This document shows positions 28,415 through 39,126 of a stretch of 64,000 nt of DNA, piece by piece. The stretch spans positions 649 through 64,648 of the forward strand of contig CAMDSH010000019.1 in assembly GCA_945907045.1 (NCBI GenBank), in the 5' to 3' direction. The stretch is from Rhizobium sp. Q54 (GTDB lineage: Bacteria > Pseudomonadota > Alphaproteobacteria > Rhizobiales > Xanthobacteraceae). The notes under the pieces are model-generated. The model saw nothing but the letters and a program-made list of their open reading frames with translations. It made no database searches and was not told the DNA's origin. The translations under genes were made by a program, and so were the position numbers. The first letter of the stretch is position 1. Every line of letters starts with the position of its first letter.

Positions 28415-29758
28415 ATGCGCCGCGCACGCACATTGCCGCAGCCCGAAGTTCCAGGCCTCGCCGCCCGCCGGATCGCCGCCGATATCATCGACGGAGTGCT
28501 GCGCCGCCGGGTCTCGCTCGACGAACAGCTCTCCGGCAAGAACGCGCACCCCGGCCTCGTCACGCTCGCCGACCGTGACCGCGCGCTGATGCGCCGGCTG
28601 GTCGCGACCGTGCTGCGGCGGCTGGGAACGCTGCGTCATCTGCTTGGCGGTTTTCTCGAACGCGGATTCCCGCGCGAAGCCCCGCGCATCGAATCGGTTT
28701 TGCTGATCGGCGCCGCGCAGATTTTATGGCTCGACGTGCCCGACCATGCGGCGGTCGATCTTAGCGTGCGCCTCGCGCAGGCCGACCGGCGCGGCGCGCA
28801 TTTTGTCGGGCTGGTCAACGCAGTGCTACGACGTGTCGCCGAGAACGGCGCCGCGAAGCTCGCCGACATCGACGCAGCGAAACTCGATACGCCCAACTGG
28901 CTGATGAAACGCTGGCGGCACAATTTCGGCAACGCGCAGGCGCGCGCCATCGCGCAGGCCAACGGGCTTGAACCCGCGCTCGACCTGAGCGTGAAACAGG
29001 ATGCGGAATCCTGGGCCGCGCGTTTGCGCGGGCGCGTGCTTCCCACAGGCACGGTGCGAACGCAGGCGCACGGCGCGATCACGATGTTGCCCGGTTTCAG
29101 CGAAGGCGCGTGGTGGGTGCAGGATGCGGCGGCGGCGCTTCCCGTTCATCTGTTCGGCGATGTGCGCGGCCTTCGCGTGGCGGATGTATGCGCGGCGCCC
29201 GGCGGCAAGACCGCGCAGCTCGCGCTCGCCGGCGCGCGCGTCACCGCCATCGACCGTTCGGCGCAGCGGCTCGTACGCCTGAAGGAAAATCTCGCGCGTC
29301 TCGCGCTCGAGGCCGAAACAGTCGCCGCCGACGTGACCGAATGGCAACCGCCGGAAAACTTCGACGCCGTGCTGCTCGATGCGCCTTGCTCGTCGACCGG
29401 AACCATCCGCCGCCATCCCGATGTGCCCTGGCTCAAGGCCGAAACGGAAATCGCGGTGCTCACCTCGTTGCAGCAGCGGCTGCTCGACCGCGCGGTCGAA
29501 CTCACAAAGCCGGGCGGCACAATCGTCTATTGCGTCTGCTCGCTCGAACCGGAAGAAGGCGAGAACCAGATCACGGCATTGCTGGCGCGCGATCCGCGTG
29601 TCGAACGCAAGCGGCTTAGCTCCGGTGACGTTTTTGACCGCGGCGAATTCATCACGCCTTCGGGCGACCTGCGCACGCTGCCCTCGCACCTGCCCGATGC
29701 GGATGCGCCCTGGGGCGGGCTCGACGGCTTTTACGCCGCCCGCCTGACGCGGAAATAG
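28415..29758 (+). CDS. rsmB: 16S rRNA (cytosine-C5)-methyltransferase RsmB/Sun family
   Basis: NusB-like N-domain, SAM motif DVCAAPGGKT, and catalytic Cys motifs DAPCSSTGTIRRHPD and VYCVCSLEPEE. ATG at 28415 chosen within ORF 28190-29758. Confidence 0.88.
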   Translation: MRRARTLPQPEVPGLAARRIAADIIDGVLRRRVSLDEQLSGKNAHPGLVTLADRDRALMRRLVATVLRRLGTLRHLLGGFLERGFPREAPRIESVLLIGAAQILWLDVPDHAAVDLSVRLAQADRRGAHFVGLVNAVLRRVAENGAAKLADIDAAKLDTPNWLMKRWRHNFGNAQARAIAQANGLEPALDLSVKQDAESWAARLRGRVLPTGTVRTQAHGAITMLPGFSEGAWWVQDAAAALPVHLFGDVRGLRVADVCAAPGGKTAQLALAGARVTAIDRSAQRLVRLKENLARLALEAETVAADVTEWQPPENFDAVLLDAPCSSTGTIRRHPDVPWLKAETEIAVLTSLQQRLLDRAVELTKPGGTIVYCVCSLEPEEGENQITALLARDPRVERKRLSSGDVFDRGEFITPSGDLRTLPSHLPDADAPWGGLDGFYAARLTRK

Positions 29759-29864
29759 CCGCTTTTAAAGACACTTTTCGCCGGTTGGCCCCTCACCGGC
29801 GCTTTCGCTATCTTGAATGCCGCGCGGGAGATTCGGGGCCTGTGGCCAGGAAACGAGCGCCTTC

Positions 29865-31625
29865 ATGATGCGGCTGTCGGTCGCGGAGCGGACCAGGCTC
29901 TCCGTGCTCATCGGAGGCCGCGCATATCGCAGCCTGACCGGCCGTCTCAACACACACCCGCTGCTGCGCTGGCGCTTCGCGCCCGGCATGACCGACCGTC
30001 TGGTGATCGCGCCGCAGGACTTGCGCACCGCGGACGCCACGAGAGCCACCGAAATTTACGCCGGACGGTTTGCTTTCGCCGGCAAGGTGGTGATCTGCGA
30101 CCGCCGTTCCCCGTTTGAAATGGTGCCGCCGTCCGACGAATGGGCGGTGAACCTGCTCGGCTTCGGCTGGCTGCGGCACTTACGCGCCGGCGATTCCGCC
30201 ATCACCCGCGCCAATGCGCGCGCATTGGTCGACGACTGGATCGCGCTGCTAGGCACCGGCGGCGGTTTGGCCTGGCGCGCGGATATTCTGTCGCGGCGGA
30301 TCATGTCGTGGCTCAGCCAGGCGCCGCTCGTCATCAAGGAGGCGGATGCGCGGTTCTATCGCCGATTTTTGCGCAGCCTGACTCGGCAAGTGCGTTACTT
30401 AAGACGCACCGCGAACGAGGCGCGCGATGGATTACCCGCTTTGCAGGCCGTGATCGCGCTCACTTATGCGTCGCTCTGCATGCAGGGACAGGCGCGGCAT
30501 TTGCGGACAACCGCGCGCCGCCTCAGCGCCGAGCTGGAGCGGCAAATCCTGCCCGACGGCGGACACATCAGCCGCAATCCCGGCGCGCTGATCGAACTGC
30601 TGCTCGACCTGCTGCCGCTGCGGCAGGCGTTCTCGGCGCGCAACGTCCCGCCGCCCGTGGCATTGCTCAACGCGCTCGATCGCATCATGCCGATGCTGCG
30701 CTTCTTCCGTCACGGCGACGGCAGCTTCGCGCTGTTCAACGGCATGGGCCCGACGCCGCCCGATCAGATCGCGACCGTGCTGGCATTCGACGACGCACAC
30801 GGCACGCCGCTCTCGAACGCGCCGCATTCCGGCTACCAGCGGCTCGATGCCGGCAAGGCCGTCGTGCTGGTGGATACCGGCCGCCCGCCGCCGATTGGCC
30901 TGAGCCAGGAAGCGCATGCCGGCTGCCTGTCGTTCGAGTTTTCGTGGCGGTTCAACCGCATCGTGGTCAATTGCGGATTGCCGGAAGCGAACCGCGAAAA
31001 CTGGCGGCAGGTCGCGCGCGCCACCGCCGCGCATTCCACCGTCACCTTCAACGACACATCCTCGTGCCGCTTTCTCGATTCCGGATCGCTCCGGCGGCTG
31101 CTGTCCGGCATTCCTATTGTCGGGGGCCCCAGCGAAGTCAAAATCACGCGCGGCCACCAGGATCAGGCCGAGGTCTTGGATGCATCGCATGACGGCTACG
31201 CGCACCCGTTCCGCGTACGGCACGAGCGCATCTTGAAACTCGCCGCCGACGGCCACCGGCTGGATGGCGAGGACAGGTTCTCGCCCTCTTACGGCGACGC
31301 CATTCCGAACCGTATCCCGGACAATTACGCCATCCGCTTCCATCTCAATCCGGCGATCAAGGCGAGCGGGCTGACCGACGGGCATGGCGCGGTGCTGCTG
31401 ATGCCTGACCGCGACGTGTGGACATTCAATGCCTTCGACGAAGCCGTTGAGATCGAGGAAAGCGTCTTTCTCGCCGGCCCCGACGGCCCGCGCCGCACGG
31501 TGCAGATCGTGATCTACGGCAACGCCCGCAACCGGCACCGGGTGCAATGGGCATTTGTGCACACCCCGCCCGCGCATTCGAGCGGACGGCGGGGCCGCAT
31601 CGACGAACCGGAGTTGCCGCTGTGA
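29865..31625 (+). CDS. heparinase II/III-family protein (no signal peptide)
   Basis: About 586 aa. N-terminus [12 protein letters not shown]...APQDLRTAD...A.EIYAGRF.FAG. and an HAH/DGG..SRNP-type middle region typical of heparinase II/III-like proteins. Conserved position between rsmB and purH. Confidence 0.78.
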   Translation: MMRLSVAERTRLSVLIGGRAYRSLTGRLNTHPLLRWRFAPGMTDRLVIAPQDLRTADATRATEIYAGRFAFAGKVVICDRRSPFEMVPPSDEWAVNLLGFGWLRHLRAGDSAITRANARALVDDWIALLGTGGGLAWRADILSRRIMSWLSQAPLVIKEADARFYRRFLRSLTRQVRYLRRTANEARDGLPALQAVIALTYASLCMQGQARHLRTTARRLSAELERQILPDGGHISRNPGALIELLLDLLPLRQAFSARNVPPPVALLNALDRIMPMLRFFRHGDGSFALFNGMGPTPPDQIATVLAFDDAHGTPLSNAPHSGYQRLDAGKAVVLVDTGRPPPIGLSQEAHAGCLSFEFSWRFNRIVVNCGLPEANRENWRQVARATAAHSTVTFNDTSSCRFLDSGSLRRLLSGIPIVGGPSEVKITRGHQDQAEVLDASHDGYAHPFRVRHERILKLAADGHRLDGEDRFSPSYGDAIPNRIPDNYAIRFHLNPAIKASGLTDGHGAVLLMPDRDVWTFNAFDEAVEIEESVFLAGPDGPRRTVQIVIYGNARNRHRVQWAFVHTPPAHSSGRRGRIDEPELPL

Positions 31626-31659
31626 TATACGGAGCGCCGGGCGAATCGAAGAGAACGCA

Positions 31660-33252
31660 ATGACCGCCTCCCCGCGCCGCATCACCCGCGCTTTGCTCTC
31701 GGTGTCCGACAAAACGGGACTGGTTGAATTTGCGCGCGCGCTCGAGGGCCACGGCATTGAACTCGTCTCCACCGGCGGCACGGCGAAGGCGCTGAAAGAC
31801 GCCGGGTTGAAAGCCATCGACGTCTCTGAGTTGACCGGCTTTCCGGAAATGATGGACGGCCGCGTGAAGACGCTGCATCCGAACGTGCATGGCGGCTTGC
31901 TGGCGGTGCGCGGCGACAAGGCGCACGCAGCGGCGATGGCGCAGCACAACATCAAGCCGATCGATCTGCTCGTCGTAAATCTTTATCCGTTCGAAGCGAC
32001 AGTCGCGAAGGGCGCGCCGTTCGACGACTGCATCGAGAACATCGACATCGGCGGGCCGGCGATGATCCGCGCCGCCGCCAAGAACCACGCCGACGTGACC
32101 GTTGTGGTGGATGCGTCCGACTACAAGGCAGTGCTGGACGAATTGTCGGCGCACAAGGGCGCGACGACTCTCGATCTGCGGAAAAAACTCGCGGCGAAAG
32201 CTTACGCGCGCACCGCGGCTTACGACGCCGCGATTTCCAACTGGTTCGCGCAAACGCTCAACGATCCGGCGCCGGATTATCGCGCTTTCGGCGGCAAGCT
32301 GGCCGAGGCGTTGCGCTACGGCGAGAACCCGCACCAGAGCGCGGCGTTCTATCGCGACGGGGCCACGCGCTTCGGTGTTGCCAGCGCGCGGCAGGTGCAG
32401 GGCAAACAGCTCTCCTACAACAACATCAATGACACCGACGCCGCTTACGAGTGCATCGCCGAGTTCGACCCCAAGCGCACCGCCGCCTGCGTCATCGTCA
32501 AGCACGCCAATCCGTGCGGCGTTGCGGAAGGCGAGAGCCTCGCCGCAGCTTACGCCAAAGCGCTGGCGTGCGATCCGACATCGGCCTTCGGCGGCATCGT
32601 CGCGCTCAACCGCGCGCTCGACGCCGAGGCGGCGAAAGCGATTACCGAAATCTTCACCGAGGTCATCATCGCGCCCAGCGCCAGCGAAGACGCCATTGCC
32701 ATCGTCGGCGCGAAGAAGAATTTACGGCTGCTGATCGCCGGCGGCGTTCCCGATCCGCGCGCGGCGGGATTGCTGGTGAAATCGGTTGCGGGCGGGCTGC
32801 TGGTGCAGTCGCGCGACAACGCGGTGGCCGATGACATGACGCTCAAAGTCGTGAGCAAGCGCACGCCGAGCGAGGCTGAGTTGCGCGATCTGCGCTTTGC
32901 GTTTCGCGTCGCCAAGCACGTCAAATCCAACACCATCGTCTATGCCAAGGGTCTGGCCACCGTCGGCATTGGCGCTGGGCAAATGAGCCGGGTCGATTCC
33001 GCGCGCATCGCCGCGCGCAAGGCGGAAGACGCCGCTAGGGAATCCGGTTCAAAGACTCCGGCGACCAAGGCTTCGGTGGTGGCGTCGGACGCATTCTTCC
33101 CGTTCGCCGACGGATTGCTGGTGGCGATCGAGGCGGGCGCAACGGCGGTAATCCAGCCCGGCGGCTCGGTGCGCGACGACGAGGTGATCAAGGCCGCCGA
33201 CGATCACAACGTGGCGATGGTGTTCACCGGGACAAGGCATTTCAAGCATTGA
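31660..33252 (+). CDS. purH: bifunctional AICAR formyltransferase / IMP cyclohydrolase
   Basis: [18 protein letters not shown]...[20 protein letters not shown], and C-terminal SDAFFPF.DG...A...[16 protein letters not shown]...AMVFTG.RHF.H. Confidence 0.95.
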   Translation: MTASPRRITRALLSVSDKTGLVEFARALEGHGIELVSTGGTAKALKDAGLKAIDVSELTGFPEMMDGRVKTLHPNVHGGLLAVRGDKAHAAAMAQHNIKPIDLLVVNLYPFEATVAKGAPFDDCIENIDIGGPAMIRAAAKNHADVTVVVDASDYKAVLDELSAHKGATTLDLRKKLAAKAYARTAAYDAAISNWFAQTLNDPAPDYRAFGGKLAEALRYGENPHQSAAFYRDGATRFGVASARQVQGKQLSYNNINDTDAAYECIAEFDPKRTAACVIVKHANPCGVAEGESLAAAYAKALACDPTSAFGGIVALNRALDAEAAKAITEIFTEVIIAPSASEDAIAIVGAKKNLRLLIAGGVPDPRAAGLLVKSVAGGLLVQSRDNAVADDMTLKVVSKRTPSEAELRDLRFAFRVAKHVKSNTIVYAKGLATVGIGAGQMSRVDSARIAARKAEDAARESGSKTPATKASVVASDAFFPFADGLLVAIEAGATAVIQPGGSVRDDEVIKAADDHNVAMVFTGTRHFKH

Positions 33253-33260
33253 GTTCATCC

Positions 33261-33322
33261 GCTCGTCCCCGCGAAAGCGGGGACCCAGAGCGGCAGATGC
33301 TGGATTCCCGCTTCCGCGGGAA
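33261..33322. repeat. two REP-like GC-rich hairpins between convergent purH and gdh
   Basis: GCTC-GTCCCCGC-GAAA-GCGGGGAC-CCA-GAGC at 33261-33291, and TTCCCGC-TTCC-GCGGGAA within GGATTCCCGC...GCGGGAAAT at 33302-33324. Confidence 0.7.
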
Positions 33323-33335
33323 ATGAGCGGAGAAA

Positions 33336-36300
33336 TTACTGCTTCGCCAAATCTCCCAGCAGGCTCGCCGCAACCGAGAGCTTCGACAGCGTGAGTCCTG
33401 AGCCCGCGATTTCGTGGATCGAGGCGCGGATGCGCTCGACCTCCTGCTGGCGCGGCTTCACCCATTCCTCCACCGAACCGGCGCCGGCCGTGCCGTTGCC
33501 GACCATCGCAGCAGTGAGCCGCCGCCCGGCATCGCCAATCGAATCGAGCGCGCGATCGAGCGCGAGCCGGTCGAAATAATCCGCGACTGCAATATCCTTC
33601 GCGGCATCGGCGATGCGATCGACGCGGAAGAAAGCCTGCGCCGCGAAATAAGTGGCCGCAACCTCGGCGACCGGTTTTTTGGTGCGGTCGGCAACCAGCA
33701 CGATGTCGGGCGCGGTTTTGATCAAAGGCAGATTGGCGAACAGCCGTGCCAGCCTGTCGGGCACGCCCGCCTTCTGTAATTCGGCTTCGCGCACGGCGCG
33801 CGCCACCGCCGCGTCCTTCGGCAGCACGCCGTCGAGGGCGGCCGAAACGGCGGCGATGCCGTCGCGATAATGCGCGACGATTTTCGCGAGACCCTGGCCG
33901 AGATCGACGTTACGCAGGAACCACACCAGCCGGTCGAGCAGAAGATTTTCCACCGCCACGTAGAGATCGATCTGCGCGGCACCGGACACTTTGTTGTCGA
34001 GCGTGTTGATCTCGTCGTTGAGCGCCGGCATGCCGTAGCTGTCGCGCACCGCCGCGAAGGCGAATGCAATCGCTTCCGCGCTCGCCCCGGTCTGGTCGGC
34101 GATGCGCACGACCAGCGACGGTCCGGCGCGGTTGATCATCGAGTTGGCGAGTTGCGTGGCGATGATTTCGCGGCGCAAGCGATGCTTCTCCAGCGCGTCG
34201 GGGAATTGCTCCGCCAGCGCGGCGGGGAAATAACGCCCGAGTTCGCGCGCGAGATAAGGATCGTCCGGCACGGTGGAGTCGAGCAAATCGGCATAGAGCG
34301 TGAGCTTGGCATACGCGAGCAGCACTGCGAGCTCCGGCCGCGTGAACGCCTGCCCGCGCTTGATGCGCTCGGCGATGACCATGTCGTCGGGCAATAATTC
34401 AACTGCGCGGTCGAGATGGCCGTGCGATTCCAGAATCTGCATCAGCCGCCGCAGGAAGCCGGCGTCCTCCAGCCCGCGCCGCTGGGCGAGCGAGAGCGCC
34501 AGCGTTTGCAGGTAATTATTCCGCAGCACCAGCCGGGCGACATCGCCGGTCATCCCGATCAGCAATTTGTTGCGCGCCTCGAACGTCAGACGCCCGTCGC
34601 GCACCGGCAACGAGAGCGCGATCTTGATATTGACCTCGACGTCCGACGTGTTGACGCCGGCGGAATTGTCGATGGCGTCGGTGTTGATGCGGACGGCGCG
34701 AATCGCCGCTTCAACCCGCCCCCGCTGGGTCATGCCGAGATTGGCGCCCTCGCCGATCACCTTGCAGTTCAGCTCGGCGGCGGTGATGCGGAGGGCGTCG
34801 TTGTTGCGGTCACCCGCAGCATCATCGCCTTCAGCGGAGGCGCGGACGTAAGTTCCGATGCCGCCGAAGAACAGCAGATCGACCGGCGCCTGCAGGATCG
34901 TTTTCATCAGCTGCTGCGGCGTCACTTTTTCCGGCAACCCGAAAAGCTTCCGCGCCTCATTGCTGAGAGAGATTTCCTTCGACGAGCGCGGGAAAACACC
35001 GCCCCCTTTGGAAATCAGCGCCTTGTTGTAGTCCTGCCAGCTCGAACGCGGCAGCGCGAACATGCGCTTGCGTTCCTCGAAACTCTTTTCCGGATCGGGA
35101 TCGGGGTCGATGAAAATGTCGCGATGGTCGAACGCCGCCAGCAGCCGCGTCGTATTCTCGCGCAGCATGCCGTTGCCGAACACATCGCCCGACATATCTC
35201 CAACGCCGACGACGGAAAACGGCGTGGTGCCGATATCGATATTCATCTCGCGGAAGTGGCGCTTTACGGCCTCCCACGCGCCGCGCGCGGTAATGCCCAT
35301 CACCTTGTGGTCGTAACCGTCCGAGCCGCCGGACGCGAAAGCATCACCCAGCCAGTAATTGTGCGCGATCGACAGCGCATTCGCGGTGTCGGAGAAAGTC
35401 GCCGTGCCCTTGTCGGCGGCAACCACGAGATAAGGATCGTCGCCCTCATGCCGCACGACATTCGGCGGCGGAATAATTTTATTGTCTGCGCCGATATTGT
35501 CGGTGATGTCGAGCAGCGTCGAGATGAAAAGCTTATACGCTGCGATGCCTTCCGCCTGGATTGCCTCGCGCGAACCGCCGACCGGCAAAAACTTCGGCAC
35601 AAAGCCGCCCTTGGCGCCTACCGGCACGATGACGGCGTTCTTCACCTGCTGCGCTTTGACGAGGCCAAGAATCTCCGTGCGAAAATCCTGCGGCCGGTCG
35701 GACCAGCGGATGCCGCCGCGCGCGACCTTGCCGAAGCGCATGTGCACGCCTTCGACGCGCGGCGAATAGACGAAAATTTCATACAGCGGGCGCGGCTTCG
35801 GCAGATCGTCGAGCTTGCCGCTTTCGAACTTGATGGCGATCAGCGGCTTCGGCTGGCCGCCTCCATCCACCTGATAAAAGTTGGTGCGGATCGCCGACGC
35901 CACCGCGTTGACGAAGTGGCGCAGGATGCGGTCCTCGTCGAGGCTCTCGACTTTTTTGAGTTCCTCCTCGATGCGAAGTACGATCTCGGCTTCGCTGCTC
36001 GCGCGATTCTCCGGCTTGATGTCGGGACGCGGATCGAAGCGCGCATGAAAATGCCGCACGATTTCCGCCGCGATGCCTGAGTGCTTGCGCAGCGTCGCCC
36101 ACATGTAATCTTGCGAATAAGGTACGCGGATCTGCCGCAGGAAACGCGAGATCGTGCGGATGAGCGCAACGTCGCGCCACATCAGTCCGGCGGCGAGCGT
36201 CAGCGCGTTGTAGCCGTCGCTCTCCGCCGCCCCGCGCATCACCATCAGAAAGGCGGTCTCAAGCCGCGATTTTGCTTCGCCGAGATCGATGGCGCCGCCG

Positions 36301-38183
36301 TCCGCGCGCGCGAGCAGCATGTCGTGAAACCACGTGCCCGGCTTGTCCGCGCCGTCGGGCGCGATGTGATAGGTGCGCTCGTCGACGACGCGGAAACCCA
36401 TGTTCTCCAGCACCGGCACACGCTCAGAGAGCGGCAGCGGCCGGTTGAAGCTCCACACTTTCAGTCCGGCGGCGCCGCCCTCATCGGCGCGGCGGTGAAA
36501 ATCGACGCCAAGCGGGCGCTCGGTGGAAAGCCCTTCGATCACCTTGATGTCGTCGACAGCCGTCGAGGGCGGATAGGCTTCGTGATAGCCGGCGGAAAAC
36601 GCGCCGCGATAACGCTCGAACAGGCTGCGTGCTTTCTCCGGCGCGTGCGCGGCGGCGAGCGCATCGGAAAGCGCATCGTCCCAGCTCCGCACGATATCGC
36701 CGATGGCTTTTTCCAGCTCGGTGCGCACGACATCGGGCGTCGCACCGCCGGAGCGGCCGATGATGAAATGCACGCGCACCAGCCGCCCTTCCGGGAAGAA
36801 CGGATAAAACGCCGAGACGCGGCCTTTGTACGCCTTGGCGAGATAGTCACCAATCAATGCGCGAATGTGGCTGTCGTAGCGCTCGCGCGGAACGAACACG
36901 AGCACGGAGACAAAACGATCGAAACGGTCGCGGCGCGAGAGCACACGCACGCGCGGACGCTCGTCGAGTTGCATGATCGCGGTGGCAAATGCGAATAAAG
37001 TATCGTCGTCGATCTGGAAAAGTTCGTCGCGCGGATAGCTTTCCAGCACATTCGCCAGCGATTTTCCGGAGTGGCTGTTGGAATCGAAGCCCGCTTTCGC
37101 TTCCACGGCGGCAAGCTTGCGGCGCAGATACGGAATCGTTCGCGTCGAACGCGTATAGGCGGTCGAAGTGAACAAACCGACGATACGGAATTCGCCGATC
37201 AGGTTTCCGCCCGCGTCGAAACGCTTGACGCCAATGTAGTCGAGATAGACGCGCCGGTGCACGTGCGAGCGCACATTTGCTTTCGCTACGATCAACAGCT
37301 TCGGCTCTTTCAGGAACGCCATGATCTCCGGCGTGAATTCGAGCAGCTCGCTTCCACGCTTGAGCACGCGCATCTCGCGCGAACGCATGACGCCTAAGCC
37401 GGTGTCAAACTGCGGATCGAGTTCGCTGCCGGTGAGCACGTAGTCGCGCAAGCCGAGAAAAGTGAAATTGTCGGCGACAAGCCATTCAAGAAATTGCACA
37501 GCTTCGGCGATTTCGGGAACGGGAAGCGGCGGCGGTTTGCTTTTCAACTCGGCGATGACATCGCCGACGCGAGTCACCATCGCACGCCAGTCCTTGACGG
37601 CGACGCGCACCTCGCCGAGCGATTCCGCAATCGCTTTTACGATTTGCGCGCGGCGCGCTTCGTCGTCGTCCGGATCGACGTGGATATGGATGAAGCTTTC
37701 GCTCGGCGTGCCGCTCGCCGCCGTGCCGCGAAATACCGTCAACTTTCCCGATGCGTCGCGCTCGACGCCGAACACCGGATGCACGACCAGACGAATGTCG
37801 AGCCCCTGTTCGGTCAGTTCGGACATCACCGAGTCGACCAGAAACGGCATATCGTCGTTGACGATCTCGATCACCGCGAATGCCTTGCCGCGTGCCTCAC
37901 CCGCCGGCCGCGGCATGTTGTCGAAACGGATTTTCGGTTCGCCCGGCTTGCGCGCGCTCAGGAACGTCCAGGCATTTTCCGTTAGCTGCGCCAGTTCCTC
38001 CGGCGAGTAACGCACGATGTCTTCCGGCGAAGCGCGGGCAAACAGCAGCGCGGTGAAATCTTTCGCGATGTCGCTGCGTTTGGCCGCAAGCGCAGCGGCG
38101 GCCTGCCCGATCAGCGCAACTGCGGCGCGCTCTTCCTCGGTGCCGGGAAGACATTCTGCGACGGGAAGACTTGCGGCGGTCAT
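33336..38183 (-). CDS. gdhB: large NAD-specific glutamate dehydrogenase (about 180 kDa Bac_GDH class)
   Basis: ATG at 38183 (GGGAG Shine-Dalgarno) gives 1615 aa. Conserved core ...HMRFGKVARGGIRWSDR..DFRTEILGLVKAQQVKNAVIVPVGAKGGF... and ...VVAADKGTATFSD.AN.... Confidence 0.92.
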   Translation of the reverse strand: MTAASLPVAECLPGTEEERAAVALIGQAAAALAAKRSDIAKDFTALLFARASPEDIVRYSPEELAQLTENAWTFLSARKPGEPKIRFDNMPRPAGEARGKAFAVIEIVNDDMPFLVDSVMSELTEQGLDIRLVVHPVFGVERDASGKLTVFRGTAASGTPSESFIHIHVDPDDDEARRAQIVKAIAESLGEVRVAVKDWRAMVTRVGDVIAELKSKPPPLPVPEIAEAVQFLEWLVADNFTFLGLRDYVLTGSELDPQFDTGLGVMRSREMRVLKRGSELLEFTPEIMAFLKEPKLLIVAKANVRSHVHRRVYLDYIGVKRFDAGGNLIGEFRIVGLFTSTAYTRSTRTIPYLRRKLAAVEAKAGFDSNSHSGKSLANVLESYPRDELFQIDDDTLFAFATAIMQLDERPRVRVLSRRDRFDRFVSVLVFVPRERYDSHIRALIGDYLAKAYKGRVSAFYPFFPEGRLVRVHFIIGRSGGATPDVVRTELEKAIGDIVRSWDDALSDALAAAHAPEKARSLFERYRGAFSAGYHEAYPPSTAVDDIKVIEGLSTERPLGVDFHRRADEGGAAGLKVWSFNRPLPLSERVPVLENMGFRVVDERTYHIAPDGADKPGTWFHDMLLARADGGAIDLGEAKSRLETAFLMVMRGAAESDGYNALTLAAGLMWRDVALIRTISRFLRQIRVPYSQDYMWATLRKHSGIAAEIVRHFHARFDPRPDIKPENRASSEAEIVLRIEEELKKVESLDEDRILRHFVNAVASAIRTNFYQVDGGGQPKPLIAIKFESGKLDDLPKPRPLYEIFVYSPRVEGVHMRFGKVARGGIRWSDRPQDFRTEILGLVKAQQVKNAVIVPVGAKGGFVPKFLPVGGSREAIQAEGIAAYKLFISTLLDITDNIGADNKIIPPPNVVRHEGDDPYLVVAADKGTATFSDTANALSIAHNYWLGDAFASGGSDGYDHKVMGITARGAWEAVKRHFREMNIDIGTTPFSVVGVGDMSGDVFGNGMLRENTTRLLAAFDHRDIFIDPDPDPEKSFEERKRMFALPRSSWQDYNKALISKGGGVFPRSSKEISLSNEARKLFGLPEKVTPQQLMKTILQAPVDLLFFGGIGTYVRASAEGDDAAGDRNNDALRITAAELNCKVIGEGANLGMTQRGRVEAAIRAVRINTDAIDNSAGVNTSDVEVNIKIALSLPVRDGRLTFEARNKLLIGMTGDVARLVLRNNYLQTLALSLAQRRGLEDAGFLRRLMQILESHGHLDRAVELLPDDMVIAERIKRGQAFTRPELAVLLAYAKLTLYADLLDSTVPDDPYLARELGRYFPAALAEQFPDALEKHRLRREIIATQLANSMINRAGPSLVVRIADQTGASAEAIAFAFAAVRDSYGMPALNDEINTLDNKVSGAAQIDLYVAVENLLLDRLVWFLRNVDLGQGLAKIVAHYRDGIAAVSAALDGVLPKDAAVARAVREAELQKAGVPDRLARLFANLPLIKTAPDIVLVADRTKKPVAEVAATYFAAQAFFRVDRIADAAKDIAVADYFDRLALDRALDSIGDAGRRLTAAMVGNGTAGAGSVEEWVKPRQQEVERIRASIHEIAGSGLTLSKLSVAASLLGDLAKQ

Positions 38184-38425
38184 CTTGTGTCTCCCGCCCC
38201 CGGCGGAATCAGTCCGCGCTGGAGGTGAGTTTTCCCGATCCACACCAAGCCGTCGAGCAAAACAAGCCGCGCGCTGGAGGCCTGATGACAACTCATCAGA
38301 CCGCAACGCCTCGTATCACCCTAAGTTCCTGATACTTAAGCCTTAAAGAGGCTTTTGCGGTCGTATCGCGAGGGTGCGGAACGATGTACGCTTAATCTCA
38401 TGTTGGGGAACGACAAGGGGCGGAA

Positions 38426-39109
38426 ATGAAGAAGAGCAGCAAAAAGAGCAAAAGCCGCCACAAGCCCGCGAAAACCATTCCGCTGCAGGCCGCGCTGCGC
38501 GCGCTCAAGAGCAGCAAAGCGGCAATAGCGCCGGCCGCGCTCAGCGACGACGCGCCTGTGATCGCGCTCAACCTGCCGCCCGCGAAACTTTCGCCCGCGA
38601 TGTCCGCCTATTTCAAGAAATGTCAGGAGAAGCTTGGCTTCGTGCCGAACGTGCTCAAGGCCAACGCCTTCGACATGGCAAAGCTGGAGCCCTTCGTCGC
38701 GATGTACAACGACCTGATGCTGGGGCCGTCCGGCGTTTCCAAACTGGAGCGCGAGATGATCGCGGTCGCGGTGTCGTCGCAGAACCGCTGTTACTATTGC
38801 CTTGTCTCGCATGGCGCCGCCGTGCGGCAGATGTCCGGCAATCCGCAGCTCGGCGAACACATGGTGATGAACTATCGCGGCGCGCGATTGGGCAAGCGTC
38901 AGCGCGCGATGCTCGATTTCGCCGTCAAACTCACCGGGCAGCCGTGGGGCGTGGAGGAAGGCGACCGCGAGCGGTTGCGCCGCGCCGGTTTTTCCGACCG
39001 CGATATCTGGGATATTTCGTCGGTCGCGGGGTTCTTCAACATGAGCAATCGCGTGGCGAGCGCCACCGACATGCGGCCTAACAAGCAATATCACGCGCAA
39101 GCACGATAA
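38426..39109 (+). CDS. peroxidase-related AhpD/CMD-family protein with basic N-terminal extension
   Basis: 227 aa. Core ...KLGFVPNVLKA..., CxxC-H motif NRCYYCLVSHG, and ...DIWDISSVAGFFNMSNR. The first 40 or so residues are Lys/Ser-rich (KKSSKKSKSRHKPAK). Confidence 0.8.
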   Translation: MKKSSKKSKSRHKPAKTIPLQAALRALKSSKAAIAPAALSDDAPVIALNLPPAKLSPAMSAYFKKCQEKLGFVPNVLKANAFDMAKLEPFVAMYNDLMLGPSGVSKLEREMIAVAVSSQNRCYYCLVSHGAAVRQMSGNPQLGEHMVMNYRGARLGKRQRAMLDFAVKLTGQPWGVEEGDRERLRRAGFSDRDIWDISSVAGFFNMSNRVASATDMRPNKQYHAQAR

Positions 39110-39126
39110 ACATAACGGGGGGTACG

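Noticed and set aside
30432-32505. 507-aa and 359-aa minus-strand ORFs opposite the heparinase-like gene and purH
   Set aside because: Both overlap strongly supported plus-strand genes and lack any recognisable domain. GC-driven open frames.
34416-36080. 554-aa plus-strand ORF (and several others between 33.4 and 38.3 kb) opposite the giant gdh
   Set aside because: The 1615-aa NAD-GDH on the minus strand explains the region completely. The antisense ORFs are Arg/Asp/His-rich and motif-free.
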